Notes under the pieces: model-generated
Database searches by the model: none
What the model saw: the letters and a program-made list of their open reading frames with translations, nothing else
Told to the model about the DNA's origin: nothing
Translations under genes and position numbers: made by a program
Virus record (IMG/VR): IMGVR_UViG_3300042923_000569
Coordinates: 62,001 to 126,000 of that record
DNA length: 64,000 nucleotides
Strand: one strand, 5' to 3'
In this document: one piece after another, positions 1 through 8,306 of the stretch
How positions within the stretch are numbered: position 1 is the stretch's first letter
Layout: the number at the start of each line of letters is the position of its first letter

Positions 1-679
1 TAAGTTGAACGGTATTTAGTAATTTACCAAAATGTTCTACACCGTCGCCGTACATACCTTCCATTGCAGCAAGAGAATCGCTGTTTTTGGTTACTGCTTG
101 ACTAAATTCATTGATGCTCATAAATGCAGCACCCGAACCTTTACGTACTGTCAACATCCCGTTGGCTAACGTAACACCAGCACTGTTTAACTGATTATAC
201 ATTTGTAACTGCTGGTTTAAATATTCATAAACCATTGCACCTACTTGTACAATTTGCATAAATCCACTAGCAACTAATCCAATTGGCCCAGGTAATGCAC
301 CCAATGAACGTTGTAGTATTTTTGCAGATGTTCCAACTGAACCAACAACGTTCTGGATATTTCCATTATTACCTAACGCTGTTCTTCCGAGATTTGATGC
401 TTCTCCGAATAAATCTTTAAATGCATTCTTGAAGCTACTGCCGCCGCCACCAGAATTACGATTATTATTTCCATTATTTCTTCGATTACCGCGATTACCG
501 CCGTTATTACCAGAACCATTTCCATTGTTATTACCACCGCCTCCACCAGAACCATTTTTCTTTCCAGTGTTCTTTTTGACGTCGAGTAGTATTTCACGCA
601 TCGCACTTAAATTATCATTCATGGAAACACTTTGGTCTAACAATTGCTGTTGGATATAGTCGTTGCTTAATCCTGCCAT
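1..679 (-). CDS. 5' part of a large tail protein, probably tape-measure-like (runs off the left edge of the window)
   Basis: Absent from the ORF track because no stop lies in the window. ATG at 679 preceded by GAGGAAGA; open to position 1: MAGLSNDYIQQQLLDQ...(G/N-rich)...LGALPGPIGLVASGFMQIVQVGAMVYEYLNQQLQMYNQLNSAGV. The amphipathic Ala/Gly-rich helical pattern is typical of tape-measure proteins; minus-strand TATAAATA lies at ~728-735. Confidence 0.6.
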   Translation of the reverse strand, partial: MAGLSNDYIQQQLLDQSVSMNDNLSAMREILLDVKKNTGKKNGSGGGGGNNNGNGSGNNGGNRGNRRNNGNNNRNSGGGGSSFKNAFKDLFGEASNLGRTALGNNGNIQNVVGSVGTSAKILQRSLGALPGPIGLVASGFMQIVQVGAMVYEYLNQQLQMYNQLNSAGVTLANGMLTVRKGSGAAFMSINEFSQAVTKNSDSLAAMEGMYGDGVEHFGKLLNTVQL

Positions 680-692
680 GTGTTCTTCCTCA

Positions 693-735
693 TAAATAAT
701 CGTATACAAAATATATAGTATAGTCATATTTATAA
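693..735. promoter_or_regulatory. Overlapping divergent late promoters: TAAATA on + at 693-698 and TATAAATA on - at ~728-735
   Basis: T4 gp55-type late -10 boxes upstream of the divergent genes starting at 746 (+) and 679 (-). Confidence 0.55.
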
Positions 736-745
736 TGGAGTCGAT

Positions 746-1603
746 ATGAATAAGATGAACCCTTTATCAAAGTACACTAAAGTAGAAGTACTTTATACAA
801 AGTTGATAAGTAACAATGTTGTGAAATACAACGAAGGTGTTTTAGTAAATGACACTGTGGAATGTGGCGTTTGTGCACGTTCTGCACGAGATGAATTAAT
901 GTTCAATAACCCTGACGCACTAATGAATGGTGAAGCAGTATCTAGTGTTATTGAGAACTGCGTACCAAATATTGCAGACGCAAGAAAACTTTTTGTTCCA
1001 GATGTTGAACTACTATTGATTGCAATTAAATTAGCAACAAAAGAAACCGAATATCATATTGAAGTAGATTGTCCTGAATGTGGTCATCATGGTGCATTTG
1101 AACGTAACCTACAAGTACTATTAGATAGTGCTGAACTATTAGAAAAGCAACCAGAATTACTATTAGAAGATGTAGGTGGTCTACTTCTTAAATTCAGACC
1201 TCAAACATGGCAGGAATATAATACCTTTGGACAGAATATGTTCCAGCAACAAAAGAAAGCACAGATCCTAGAAAAACGTGATGATTTAACTGATGAACAG
1301 AAAATGGAAGTCTTTAGTCAAATCTTTGAAGAAATGACAAGATTGAGTTTTGATATGATTGTTTGTAATATTGATAGTGTTGAAACTGTAGACGGGAATG
1401 TGATTACTGAGAAGGAATTTATTGCAGAATGGTTGGGTGTACAGCCTTCATTTATTCTCAAACAAATTCGAGAAAAAGCAGATGAAGTCAATAATTGCGG
1501 AGTTTCGCATGAGATGGATGTAGGATGTTCTAAGTGTGATCATGAATGGACAATCGAAAATCTTCAATTTGACCCAAGCAATTTTTTCGTACAAAGCTTC
1601 TAA
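746..1603 (+). CDS. Baseplate hub assembly protein / tail assembly chaperone (T4 gp26-like)
   Basis: ARDELMFNNPDALMNG, D-x-E-LLLIAIK, CPEC and CSKC Zn motifs, C-terminal DPSNFF; GGAG RBS. Confidence 0.75.
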   Translation: MNKMNPLSKYTKVEVLYTKLISNNVVKYNEGVLVNDTVECGVCARSARDELMFNNPDALMNGEAVSSVIENCVPNIADARKLFVPDVELLLIAIKLATKETEYHIEVDCPECGHHGAFERNLQVLLDSAELLEKQPELLLEDVGGLLLKFRPQTWQEYNTFGQNMFQQQKKAQILEKRDDLTDEQKMEVFSQIFEEMTRLSFDMIVCNIDSVETVDGNVITEKEFIAEWLGVQPSFILKQIREKADEVNNCGVSHEMDVGCSKCDHEWTIENLQFDPSNFFVQSF

Positions 1604-1800
1604 TTTCTGAACCGGAAGAAATACGGAAAGAAATAGCAGACCTAAGATTGAACTCGGAAGATATTAAAAGTGGATTGATGGAGGTGTCAGTGTACATAGA
1701 GAACACTACATATGAAACGCTACTGAATATGCCTGTAACCGACAGAGATCTTCTTGTGAAGCAATATAATAAAAAGGTCAAAAAAGAAAATAAGAAATAA
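1582..1800 (+). CDS. -1 frame extension of the gp26-like gene (or a small separate ORF from ATG 1678)
   Basis: -1 frame open from 1573 to TAA 1798-1800 (FRTKLLISEPEEIRKEIADLRLNSEDIKSGLMEVSVYIENTTYETLLNMPVTDRDLLVKQYNKKVKKENKK). Slippery heptamer T TTT TTC at 1582-1588; a terminator follows immediately. Confidence 0.6.
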   Translation, partial: FFRTKLLISEPEEIRKEIADLRLNSEDIKSGLMEVSVYIENTTYETLLNMPVTDRDLLVKQYNKKVKKENKK

Positions 1801-1805
1801 TTAAG

Positions 1806-1830
1806 AACCAGCCATTGTGCTGGTTTTTTT
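1806..1830 (+). terminator. Rho-independent terminator
   Basis: AACCAGC-cattgt-GCTGGTT followed by a T-run, directly after the 1800 stop. Confidence 0.8.
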
Positions 1831-1849
1831 GTATCTAAATTATCTTAAC

Positions 1850-2513
1850 TCTTTAGATTTGCCATTCTTCGAATGTCAAAGAATTTTCGTTGTTCTGTAC
1901 ATCACTAACGTTCTGTACTGAATCAACTCAATTCAGATTTATATCTAATGCATCACTGTTAACGTTACACACTTTATACTGACGAGATTTGTTTCATTTA
2001 TCATCCCCCCACAGGGGAAAGACGTAAAAAAAGCACTTATAAAAGTGCCTAAATTTCTGACGATGATAGTCGTACTTTAATTGTATCGTAAATTTCTATT
2101 TTTCAATAGAACGCAAGCGGGTTGCTCTGTTTCTCGCTATTACGGTCTTATGCAACGGTCGTGGGCTTACCACACTCAGTTTTAAGTCTATACAATCAAA
2201 CTTAAAACCTATCAACTGAAAATGGACGGATTTATATTGTATAAAAACCATCGCATTATTTAACATCAGTTAAATTCCCTTAGCTTTTTGGTAGGGGCGA
2301 TTCCTATATATCTATCGAGGATGTTCTGTCAGCTTAGTGAACATCTTTATAGTGCCGTATTGCCGTGGGTGGTACAAACTATGCCATCTCCTAACGGGTG
2401 TCTTCTGCACTTCGAACTGCTTGAACTTCTCATCTATCCTCTACATTTTCGAGTGAATTAGGTTCTATTTTATCAGTACTTAACAGTACTGCCAAGCAGG
2501 GTTGTATTACTAC
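1850..2513 (-). ncRNA. Candidate large structured non-coding RNA (alternatively an RNA-primed replication origin)
   Basis: No ORF of 60 aa or more in ~790 bp. More than 10 hairpins and long-range stems. Directly downstream of a TGAAACA-N16-TATAAT promoter (2520-2548). Terminator-like hairpin plus U7 at 2050-2026 on the minus strand. Confidence 0.55.
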
Positions 2514-2519
2514 AATCAT

Positions 2520-2548
2520 ATTATACCACAAAAACGTTCACTGTTTCA
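2520..2548 (-). promoter_or_regulatory. Phage promoter TGAAACA-N16-TATAAT (extended -10 TGG)
   Basis: Minus strand reads TGAAACAgtgaacgtttttgtggTATAAT; same architecture as 4 other copies. Confidence 0.75.
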
Positions 2549-2556
2549 CTTTCTTG

Positions 2557-2562
2557 TAAATA
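2557..2562 (+). promoter_or_regulatory. Late promoter TAAATA
   Basis: ~28 nt upstream of ATG 2590; back-to-back with the 2520-2548 promoter. Confidence 0.55.
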
Positions 2563-2589
2563 CATAAAGTAAACGTTTTTGGAGTACAT

Positions 2590-3081
2590 ATGAAGAAAAG
2601 ATTAAAAAATCCTAAAGAGGCAGCAGCCTATAGGAACGAACTATTAAAAAAACAAAATGGTATTGATCCAATCATTGGTATTCGCATAACTAAACCCGTA
2701 CTTGATCACCAACACTCAGGTAATCAACATTGTCGTGAAGTACTTCAAAATGAAGTAAATGGATGGGAAGGTAGAGTAGTTAACTCATACCGTAGATGCC
2801 TTGGACATTTAACTGATAAACCAATACATGAAGTACTTAGAAATCTAGCAGACTATATTGAACGTAATGGTAATATACCAGAAGAAGAACAAGTTATTCA
2901 CCATACTGCACTTACAATTGATGTAAAGAAGTTTAAGAACCTACCCGCAGCACAACAATCCTCAATTCTAATTTCTTTTGGAGTAGAACCTGAGTCTAAT
3001 TCATCTAAAAGAGCTAATCAAGCACGGAAACTTATTAAGTCCGGTGATTTGAATATGCTACACATAAAAAAAGGAGCCTAA
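2590..3081 (+). CDS. Recombination endonuclease VII-like Holliday junction resolvase (T4 gp49 family)
   Basis: R..LL..QNG.DPI, PVLDHQH, R.VL...VNGWEG (His-Me finger D-H, N and E retained), LRNLADYIE. Confidence 0.75.
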   Translation: MKKRLKNPKEAAAYRNELLKKQNGIDPIIGIRITKPVLDHQHSGNQHCREVLQNEVNGWEGRVVNSYRRCLGHLTDKPIHEVLRNLADYIERNGNIPEEEQVIHHTALTIDVKKFKNLPAAQQSSILISFGVEPESNSSKRANQARKLIKSGDLNMLHIKKGA

Positions 3082-3093
3082 TGGCTCCTTTTT
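3066..3093. terminator. Bidirectional terminator
   Basis: A7-GGAGCC-taat-GGCTCC-T5 between convergent genes. Confidence 0.85.
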
Positions 3094-3095
3094 GT

Positions 3096-5237
3096 TTATA
3101 GGTCTAATACATCACAGAATTCCATAGTACTAAAACTATCTTCTTTCACAACACGAAGTATTGAGCTTGCTCTGCTTACTAATTCTTCACGGTGTGATAC
3201 AACAAAGATGTTTTTACCACGGACTGCACTTAAATCTTGAAGCATATGCCATGAACATTCAATACCACCGGTATCAAGTCCATTATCCAACAATTCATCA
3301 ACTAATAGTACATTGATTCCCTGATAAAGTGATTCATATGTGTCACGGAATGCTAAATTCAATGCAATAATAACACGAGTTCTTTCACCACGAGACAACT
3401 GTTTGAAATCATATGACTGTCCGTTAAGTTCAATGTCTACACTTAAGTCATTTAGGAATTCAACAGTATGTTGTGAGCCTGACTTATCAATCCAGTACTG
3501 CAATCTTGAATTCAAGAATGAAATATTCTGTTCAATGATACGTCGGCGAACAAATGAGTCTTTATTCATAAGTAGCTTAGCTAGATAATCTTGATGATCT
3601 GATAGTTTTACTAACTTATTGTATTCATCATAGTCAACATGTTGAATTGAGTTTGTTTTTAACGTCTCAATTTGCTCAAAGAATGGATTCTCTGAAGCCT
3701 GTTCACGTTCCAATGATGAAACTAAAGAATTAAATGAATGTTGTAGGTCACGAACCTCATCAGTACTAAAAGTCTCTTCATATTCTTTAATCTCTGTGTT
3801 TTCTAACTCGGTAAATGCAGACATTAGTTCGTCATCATAGATATTAATATCTTCAGCAGTACTTTTCTTGATTAGTTCTTCAAGTTTGTGTTCATGTAGC
3901 TTTGCTTCTGACAAAGTACTATAAAATGTCACTGGTTTAGCTGGCATTTCAAACAATTCCAAATGAGAAACTTCAAATTGTAGAGTTTGTAGCTCTCCAG
4001 TTAGTGTTTCAATCGTGGAAGTAATCTTTTGCACTTCATCTTCTGCTTTCTGCTTCATTACAGAATGATTATCATCATGTTCTAATGAATGTTTACACAA
4101 TGGACACTTACTTTCAGCAATTTCAGCTAGTTTCTGTTGTTCATTCTGCAAATAACCTTCCTGATGAGCAATTCGATCAGTAACCGTTTTAATTTGTTGC
4201 TCTTTGAACCGTTTGGTATTCAATGCTTCTTTAAGTACTTGCTCTTTAAAAACCCAATTTGCTAATTCTTCGTGTAATGCTAACTCGGATGCAATATCGA
4301 ACTTAGAAAGTTCATCAATACTGTTAAGTACTTGTACTTTTTTGGTATGTAATGCGTTAGAATACTCTTCATGCTTAACTGCAAGTTGTGCAACTCGATT
4401 TTCAAGGTTAATACGGTTATTATTGTGTTTAATTGCTTCTTCCATTAATGAAGCTTGTGCAAATAATACATCAAAATCAATATCTTCATAATCACCTAAG
4501 CTTTGAATTAAATCATTGATAGTTTTAGCTTTCTTCTGTTCAAATTCATTAGCTCTAGTCTGTAAAGACTCAATACTTTGAACGATACGCTTGTTTGATT
4601 CAGTAATAGTTTCAATTTTGAACTTTTCCTGATCTGCAAGACGTTTAGTTTCACGGTACATATCTTTAAGTAGAGTAGCTTTCTCGGTTAGTTGGGTAAT
4701 ACCAAGTAGTTCTTCAATCATTTCACGTTGTTTCTGTTGTGAAAGTGATAAGAAAGGTTCTACGTTAGCATTAAGTACTACAATATGTTCAAAGAGTAAT
4801 TGTGATATACCTAGAATCTCATTTAAGTCTTCTTGGGTATCTTTCTTTTCCCCACGAGATTCATCTGCTACTGCTTTCCCATCTTCTAGTGTTAAGAAAT
4901 TAAAAAACGTGGGAGATCTCCCACGTTCAATTCTATATTCAACACCATCTTTCTCGAAATCAATCGTTACTTCACAATTCTTGCCGTTAATCTTGTTTAC
5001 TAGATTAGGGATCTTAATATCATTACTGATACTCTTACCATATAACCCATAAACAATACCTTGAATGATGGCAGACTTACCAACACCATTTCTGCGACCC
5101 GCCGCATCATCACCTACTGATGCATCATTGTTTTGACCTAGTACTAACGCTAGGTCAGTACTATCTAGGTCTAAAACTTGGGGTGCATTACCAAAAGAAA
5201 AGAAATTACGCATTGAAATACGTTTAATAGATAGCAT
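3096..5237 (-). CDS. Recombination endonuclease ATPase subunit (T4 gp46 / SbcC / Rad50-like)
   Basis: Walker A NGVGKS, coiled coils with CPLC zinc hook, signature LSRGE, Walker B LLVDELLD, H-loop VSH. Confidence 0.95.
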   Translation of the reverse strand: MLSIKRISMRNFFSFGNAPQVLDLDSTDLALVLGQNNDASVGDDAAGRRNGVGKSAIIQGIVYGLYGKSISNDIKIPNLVNKINGKNCEVTIDFEKDGVEYRIERGRSPTFFNFLTLEDGKAVADESRGEKKDTQEDLNEILGISQLLFEHIVVLNANVEPFLSLSQQKQREMIEELLGITQLTEKATLLKDMYRETKRLADQEKFKIETITESNKRIVQSIESLQTRANEFEQKKAKTINDLIQSLGDYEDIDFDVLFAQASLMEEAIKHNNNRINLENRVAQLAVKHEEYSNALHTKKVQVLNSIDELSKFDIASELALHEELANWVFKEQVLKEALNTKRFKEQQIKTVTDRIAHQEGYLQNEQQKLAEIAESKCPLCKHSLEHDDNHSVMKQKAEDEVQKITSTIETLTGELQTLQFEVSHLELFEMPAKPVTFYSTLSEAKLHEHKLEELIKKSTAEDINIYDDELMSAFTELENTEIKEYEETFSTDEVRDLQHSFNSLVSSLEREQASENPFFEQIETLKTNSIQHVDYDEYNKLVKLSDHQDYLAKLLMNKDSFVRRRIIEQNISFLNSRLQYWIDKSGSQHTVEFLNDLSVDIELNGQSYDFKQLSRGERTRVIIALNLAFRDTYESLYQGINVLLVDELLDNGLDTGGIECSWHMLQDLSAVRGKNIFVVSHREELVSRASSILRVVKEDSFSTMEFCDVLDL

Positions 5238-5248
5238 CCTGCCTCCAA

Positions 5249-6280
5249 TTATAGTGATAGATAAAGTTGAATCAAAAGTTCATTGTCGATAACGTTAGAT
5301 TTATTCTCTTTTATTTGAGCAATAACAATTTCATCAACTGTTTCAGTACCTGCTGAGAAATCTTCACCAGTAAAGTTGTTCTCTACTGCTTTCTTGCCTG
5401 GAATAATGTTAAATTCACGAATCTTATACAATTTGGTAAAAGTTTCACGAATAAAACCAATTTCGTCCATAGTTACCGGAATATCAATCTGAACTTTAGC
5501 AATTACATTGTCTTCAAGGTAATATGTAGGTTCAGATAGTAATTCTGATAGTGTAAATGTTCTGTAACGAGGTGCACCGGGCCACATTTTGAATTCTGGC
5601 TCTGAACCATGATCTAAGAACATAATACCCCTTGCATCATCCCAAGTATCTGAGAAGTTATGAGGGAAACAGTTTCCTGTGTACAGAATTTTAGTACCTT
5701 TTGACGTTACTTTAGCTTGTCTCTTGTGGAAGTGACCACTAAAGACATATTCACATCCATTAAACGAATCTTCCGTTTCTTTACCATGATCAGGCATCTC
5801 GACCATCTTGTTTAAAAGATAACCGGGAAGTTCTAAGTGTCCAAACACGTATTTTGCACGCAAAGAAGGAAGTTGTTTGTATTCATCATCAATTAGGAAT
5901 GGAATAAACGCACAATCATCAATGGATTCAATGTTATTGATAAAATGAATCTTATCAAACACTCTTGCCATATTAATACTTGTTACATCACGTTTATTTT
6001 TATGATACATGTCATGGTTACCTACTAAAAAGTAGGTAATATCGAATGAATCATTTAGTAATTGCATGATTTGAAGACCGAAGTCTAATGTATGAATGTT
6101 AATATTACTACGATTGTGGAAGAAATCACCCATAAAAATACAGGTTCTGATATTTCTTTCATTTGCTTCACTGATCATGAATTTAACAAATTCAAAACAA
6201 TCAGTATTGTGCTCCCTACTGTTATTCTTTAAACCTAAGTGAATATCAGTAAAAATAATAGCTTTATCAAACAGTGCCAT
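5249..6280 (-). CDS. Recombination endonuclease nuclease subunit (T4 gp47 / SbcD / Mre11-like)
   Basis: Metallophosphoesterase motifs DIH, GDFFH, GNHD, GHFH; adjacent to the gp46-like gene. Confidence 0.95.
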   Translation of the reverse strand: MALFDKAIIFTDIHLGLKNNSREHNTDCFEFVKFMISEANERNIRTCIFMGDFFHNRSNINIHTLDFGLQIMQLLNDSFDITYFLVGNHDMYHKNKRDVTSINMARVFDKIHFINNIESIDDCAFIPFLIDDEYKQLPSLRAKYVFGHLELPGYLLNKMVEMPDHGKETEDSFNGCEYVFSGHFHKRQAKVTSKGTKILYTGNCFPHNFSDTWDDARGIMFLDHGSEPEFKMWPGAPRYRTFTLSELLSEPTYYLEDNVIAKVQIDIPVTMDEIGFIRETFTKLYKIREFNIIPGKKAVENNFTGEDFSAGTETVDEIVIAQIKENKSNVIDNELLIQLYLSL

Positions 6281-7127
6281 TTTGCTTCCTTTCTAGCATC
6301 TTCATTTCGATTTCAATTTGTCGTGTATGACTTGGGTTAAAACCATGTAACTCAAGTAAATCATCACGAATATTGCGAACATTCTTTTCAGAATTAAGTA
6401 CTGAACGAAATGCGTTATTAACGAATGAAGTATAATATGCGAAAGGATTAAGCTGCACAGCAGGTTTAACCTTTTTATACAGAATACTTTCTGTAAAGAG
6501 TAGTGCGTTCTTAACTAGTTGAATTCTCGCATCACCCATCATCTCATCTAAGTATGTATAATTACGATAATTAGGTTTGTGAGATATTTCTTCTGCCAAC
6601 TTAATGAACATCTTACCGAGTTCATTTGTTTGTCTCCCATGAGTCATAGAGAAAACTCCATCCTCAAGGTCACCTTTCCAGTGTGAACGTGCAACTTCGT
6701 AAAGCTCACCAGTTTCATCAACAATATAATGTTTAAATGGTTCGAAGTTTGTACGTACTTTCTTTTCGTCGTTAGACCCTTCTACAAAAGGAATGTGTAC
6801 ATTTGTAATGACACGAATAACAACTTCATCGATTGGAACATCTGAAAGTAAAAGGTTGTTTTCTTCTGCGTGCTCTTTAGTTTTCTTGGCAGTGAATGCG
6901 TTAGCCGCACGTATTTTATCAAGTGTACTGGAATTAATGCGTTTGATACGCTCTGCTTTAGCCAGTTCAAGTAATTCTTCAGTAATTTCGGACTCGTCGA
7001 AGACGATGTAATCATACATACTATAAGCATCGTCTAGAACCCAACAGTATGACATTTTACTGATATGAATTTCTCTTAGCAAATCCGCATTGTTCAAGTA
7101 CTTCTTGCGTTTGGGTTTAATTGCCAT
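6267..7127 (-). CDS. Late-transcription sigma factor (T4 gp55-like)
   Basis: YLNNADLL, NYRNYTYLDEM, NPFAYYT motifs; gp55-gp47-gp46 synteny as in T4-like phages. Confidence 0.8.
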   Translation of the reverse strand: MAIKPKRKKYLNNADLLREIHISKMSYCWVLDDAYSMYDYIVFDESEITEELLELAKAERIKRINSSTLDKIRAANAFTAKKTKEHAEENNLLLSDVPIDEVVIRVITNVHIPFVEGSNDEKKVRTNFEPFKHYIVDETGELYEVARSHWKGDLEDGVFSMTHGRQTNELGKMFIKLAEEISHKPNYRNYTYLDEMMGDARIQLVKNALLFTESILYKKVKPAVQLNPFAYYTSFVNNAFRSVLNSEKNVRNIRDDLLELHGFNPSHTRQIEIEMKMLERKQNGTV

Positions 7128-7175
7128 TCAAAATCTCCATGTTTTTATATAAAACGATCCTTGTTTTACCTCTCT

Positions 7176-7204
7176 ATTATACCATAATTTTCAATTTCGT
7201 TTCA
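7176..7204 (-). promoter_or_regulatory. Phage promoter TGAAACG-N16-TATAAT driving the gp55-47-46 operon
   Basis: Minus strand reads TGAAACGaaattgaaaattatggTATAAT. Confidence 0.8.
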
Positions 7205-7207
7205 TAT

Positions 7208-7215
7208 TATAAATA
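7208..7215 (+). promoter_or_regulatory. Late promoter TATAAATA
   Basis: Perfect T4 late consensus upstream of ATG 7244. Confidence 0.75.
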
Positions 7216-7243
7216 CTTGATAATATTTTCACGGAGAACGTTT

Positions 7244-7981
7244 ATGATAGATCGCAGAATAAGATTAAGACCTAAAGATGCTGGGGCTAACTATGTATAT
7301 GGTGACATATCCAATGGTGGTGTACCTCAGAAATCTATTTTGTCTTTTTTACGTGTCACAAATGGTATGGTATGGAACTATACACCTATCATATCTGAAC
7401 AACGTACAGTTAACTATGAAATGGAACAACCAGTTCATACTAACAGTGGTTATAACAACTACAAAAATACATCAAATACAATACTAACAATCCAAGGTTC
7501 ATTCTATAGTAATACTGCAATGGAAGCTATGTATACACTTGCGTGTATGCACTTTGTCCGTTCAATAACTTTAATGGATTTTGGTAGATCCGCTGCACTT
7601 TCACAGAATCCAGATTTTGCAGTAGTTGGTGCACCACCACCAATACTATTACTAAGTGGGTACGGTCGTTACATTTATAACGACATTCCAGTTATTATTA
7701 AATCATACGCATTCAGTTATCCTGATGATGTATCATATATCCAAGTTCCTGTAGATTCATCTCTGGATGGATATGATTATAGTGATTCAGCAACACGTGC
7801 ATACTTCGAAAATCTTAGAGATGTTGGTACAGTCAACCCACAGAATGAAGTATGGGTTCCACAAAAAATGACTATAACATTACAACTTGAACAGCAACCT
7901 ACTCCAAGTTTCATGACTAATAAGTTTAACTTAAATTCATTTAAACGCGGTGAGATGCTTCGTAAAGGAGGATTTATTTAA
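7244..7981 (+). CDS. Baseplate / tail-tube initiator-like structural protein
   Basis: Start moved from the track's 7121 to ATG 7244 (GGAG RBS). GAPPPILLLSGYG...DIPVIIKSY..SYPDDV motif; first gene of the baseplate cluster. Confidence 0.55.
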   Translation: MIDRRIRLRPKDAGANYVYGDISNGGVPQKSILSFLRVTNGMVWNYTPIISEQRTVNYEMEQPVHTNSGYNNYKNTSNTILTIQGSFYSNTAMEAMYTLACMHFVRSITLMDFGRSAALSQNPDFAVVGAPPPILLLSGYGRYIYNDIPVIIKSYAFSYPDDVSYIQVPVDSSLDGYDYSDSATRAYFENLRDVGTVNPQNEVWVPQKMTITLQLEQQPTPSFMTNKFNLNSFKRGEMLRKGGFI

Positions 7982-8295
7982 TGTCCGTTAAATACAGTCT
8001 TTATTCACCTTATGCAAAGGTGAAACAAACTTGGTATCTTGATTATAATTTACCACAAATAATCATTCCAGCAGATTCTGATATTCAATATACAATTCCT
8101 TCTCAATATGCAGAACAACCTTGGCGTCTAGCTAAAGATTTGTATGGAAATGAAAGATTATACTACATTTTTGCATTACTTAATCCAAACACTATTGAAG
8201 ATCCAATTTATGATTTTAGTGCAGGTAAAGTAATACTAGTTCCAACATTACAACGTGTTCAAGTTTGGTTGAATGGACCACGCAGCGTTAAGTAA
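7981..8295 (+). CDS. Baseplate wedge protein (T4 gp53-like, LysM-like)
   Basis: P.RLAKDLYG...LYYIFALLN...I.DP pattern; 104 aa. Confidence 0.7.
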   Translation: MSVKYSLYSPYAKVKQTWYLDYNLPQIIIPADSDIQYTIPSQYAEQPWRLAKDLYGNERLYYIFALLNPNTIEDPIYDFSAGKVILVPTLQRVQVWLNGPRSVK

Positions 8296-8306
8296 GGATA
8301 TAAAAC

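Noticed and set aside
373-659. Two short ORFs (373-606 on -, 429-659 on +, Pro/Leu-rich)
   Set aside because: Alternative-frame artefacts of the Gly/Asn tract in the real minus-strand gene starting at 679.
1530-1781. 83-aa minus-strand ORF in the ORF track
   Set aside because: It is antisense to the better-supported + strand -1 frame extension, which ends right at a + strand terminator.
1830-2513. tRNA, tmRNA, RNase P or group I/II intron identity for the structured gap
   Set aside because: No cloverleaf, tmRNA termini or intron core motifs were recognisable by eye, and the flanking genes appear complete. A covariance-model search is still needed.
7121-7243. N-terminal extension of the 7121-7981 ORF
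   Set aside because: It overlaps the gp55 start and two promoters; the RBS and late promoter support ATG 7244.
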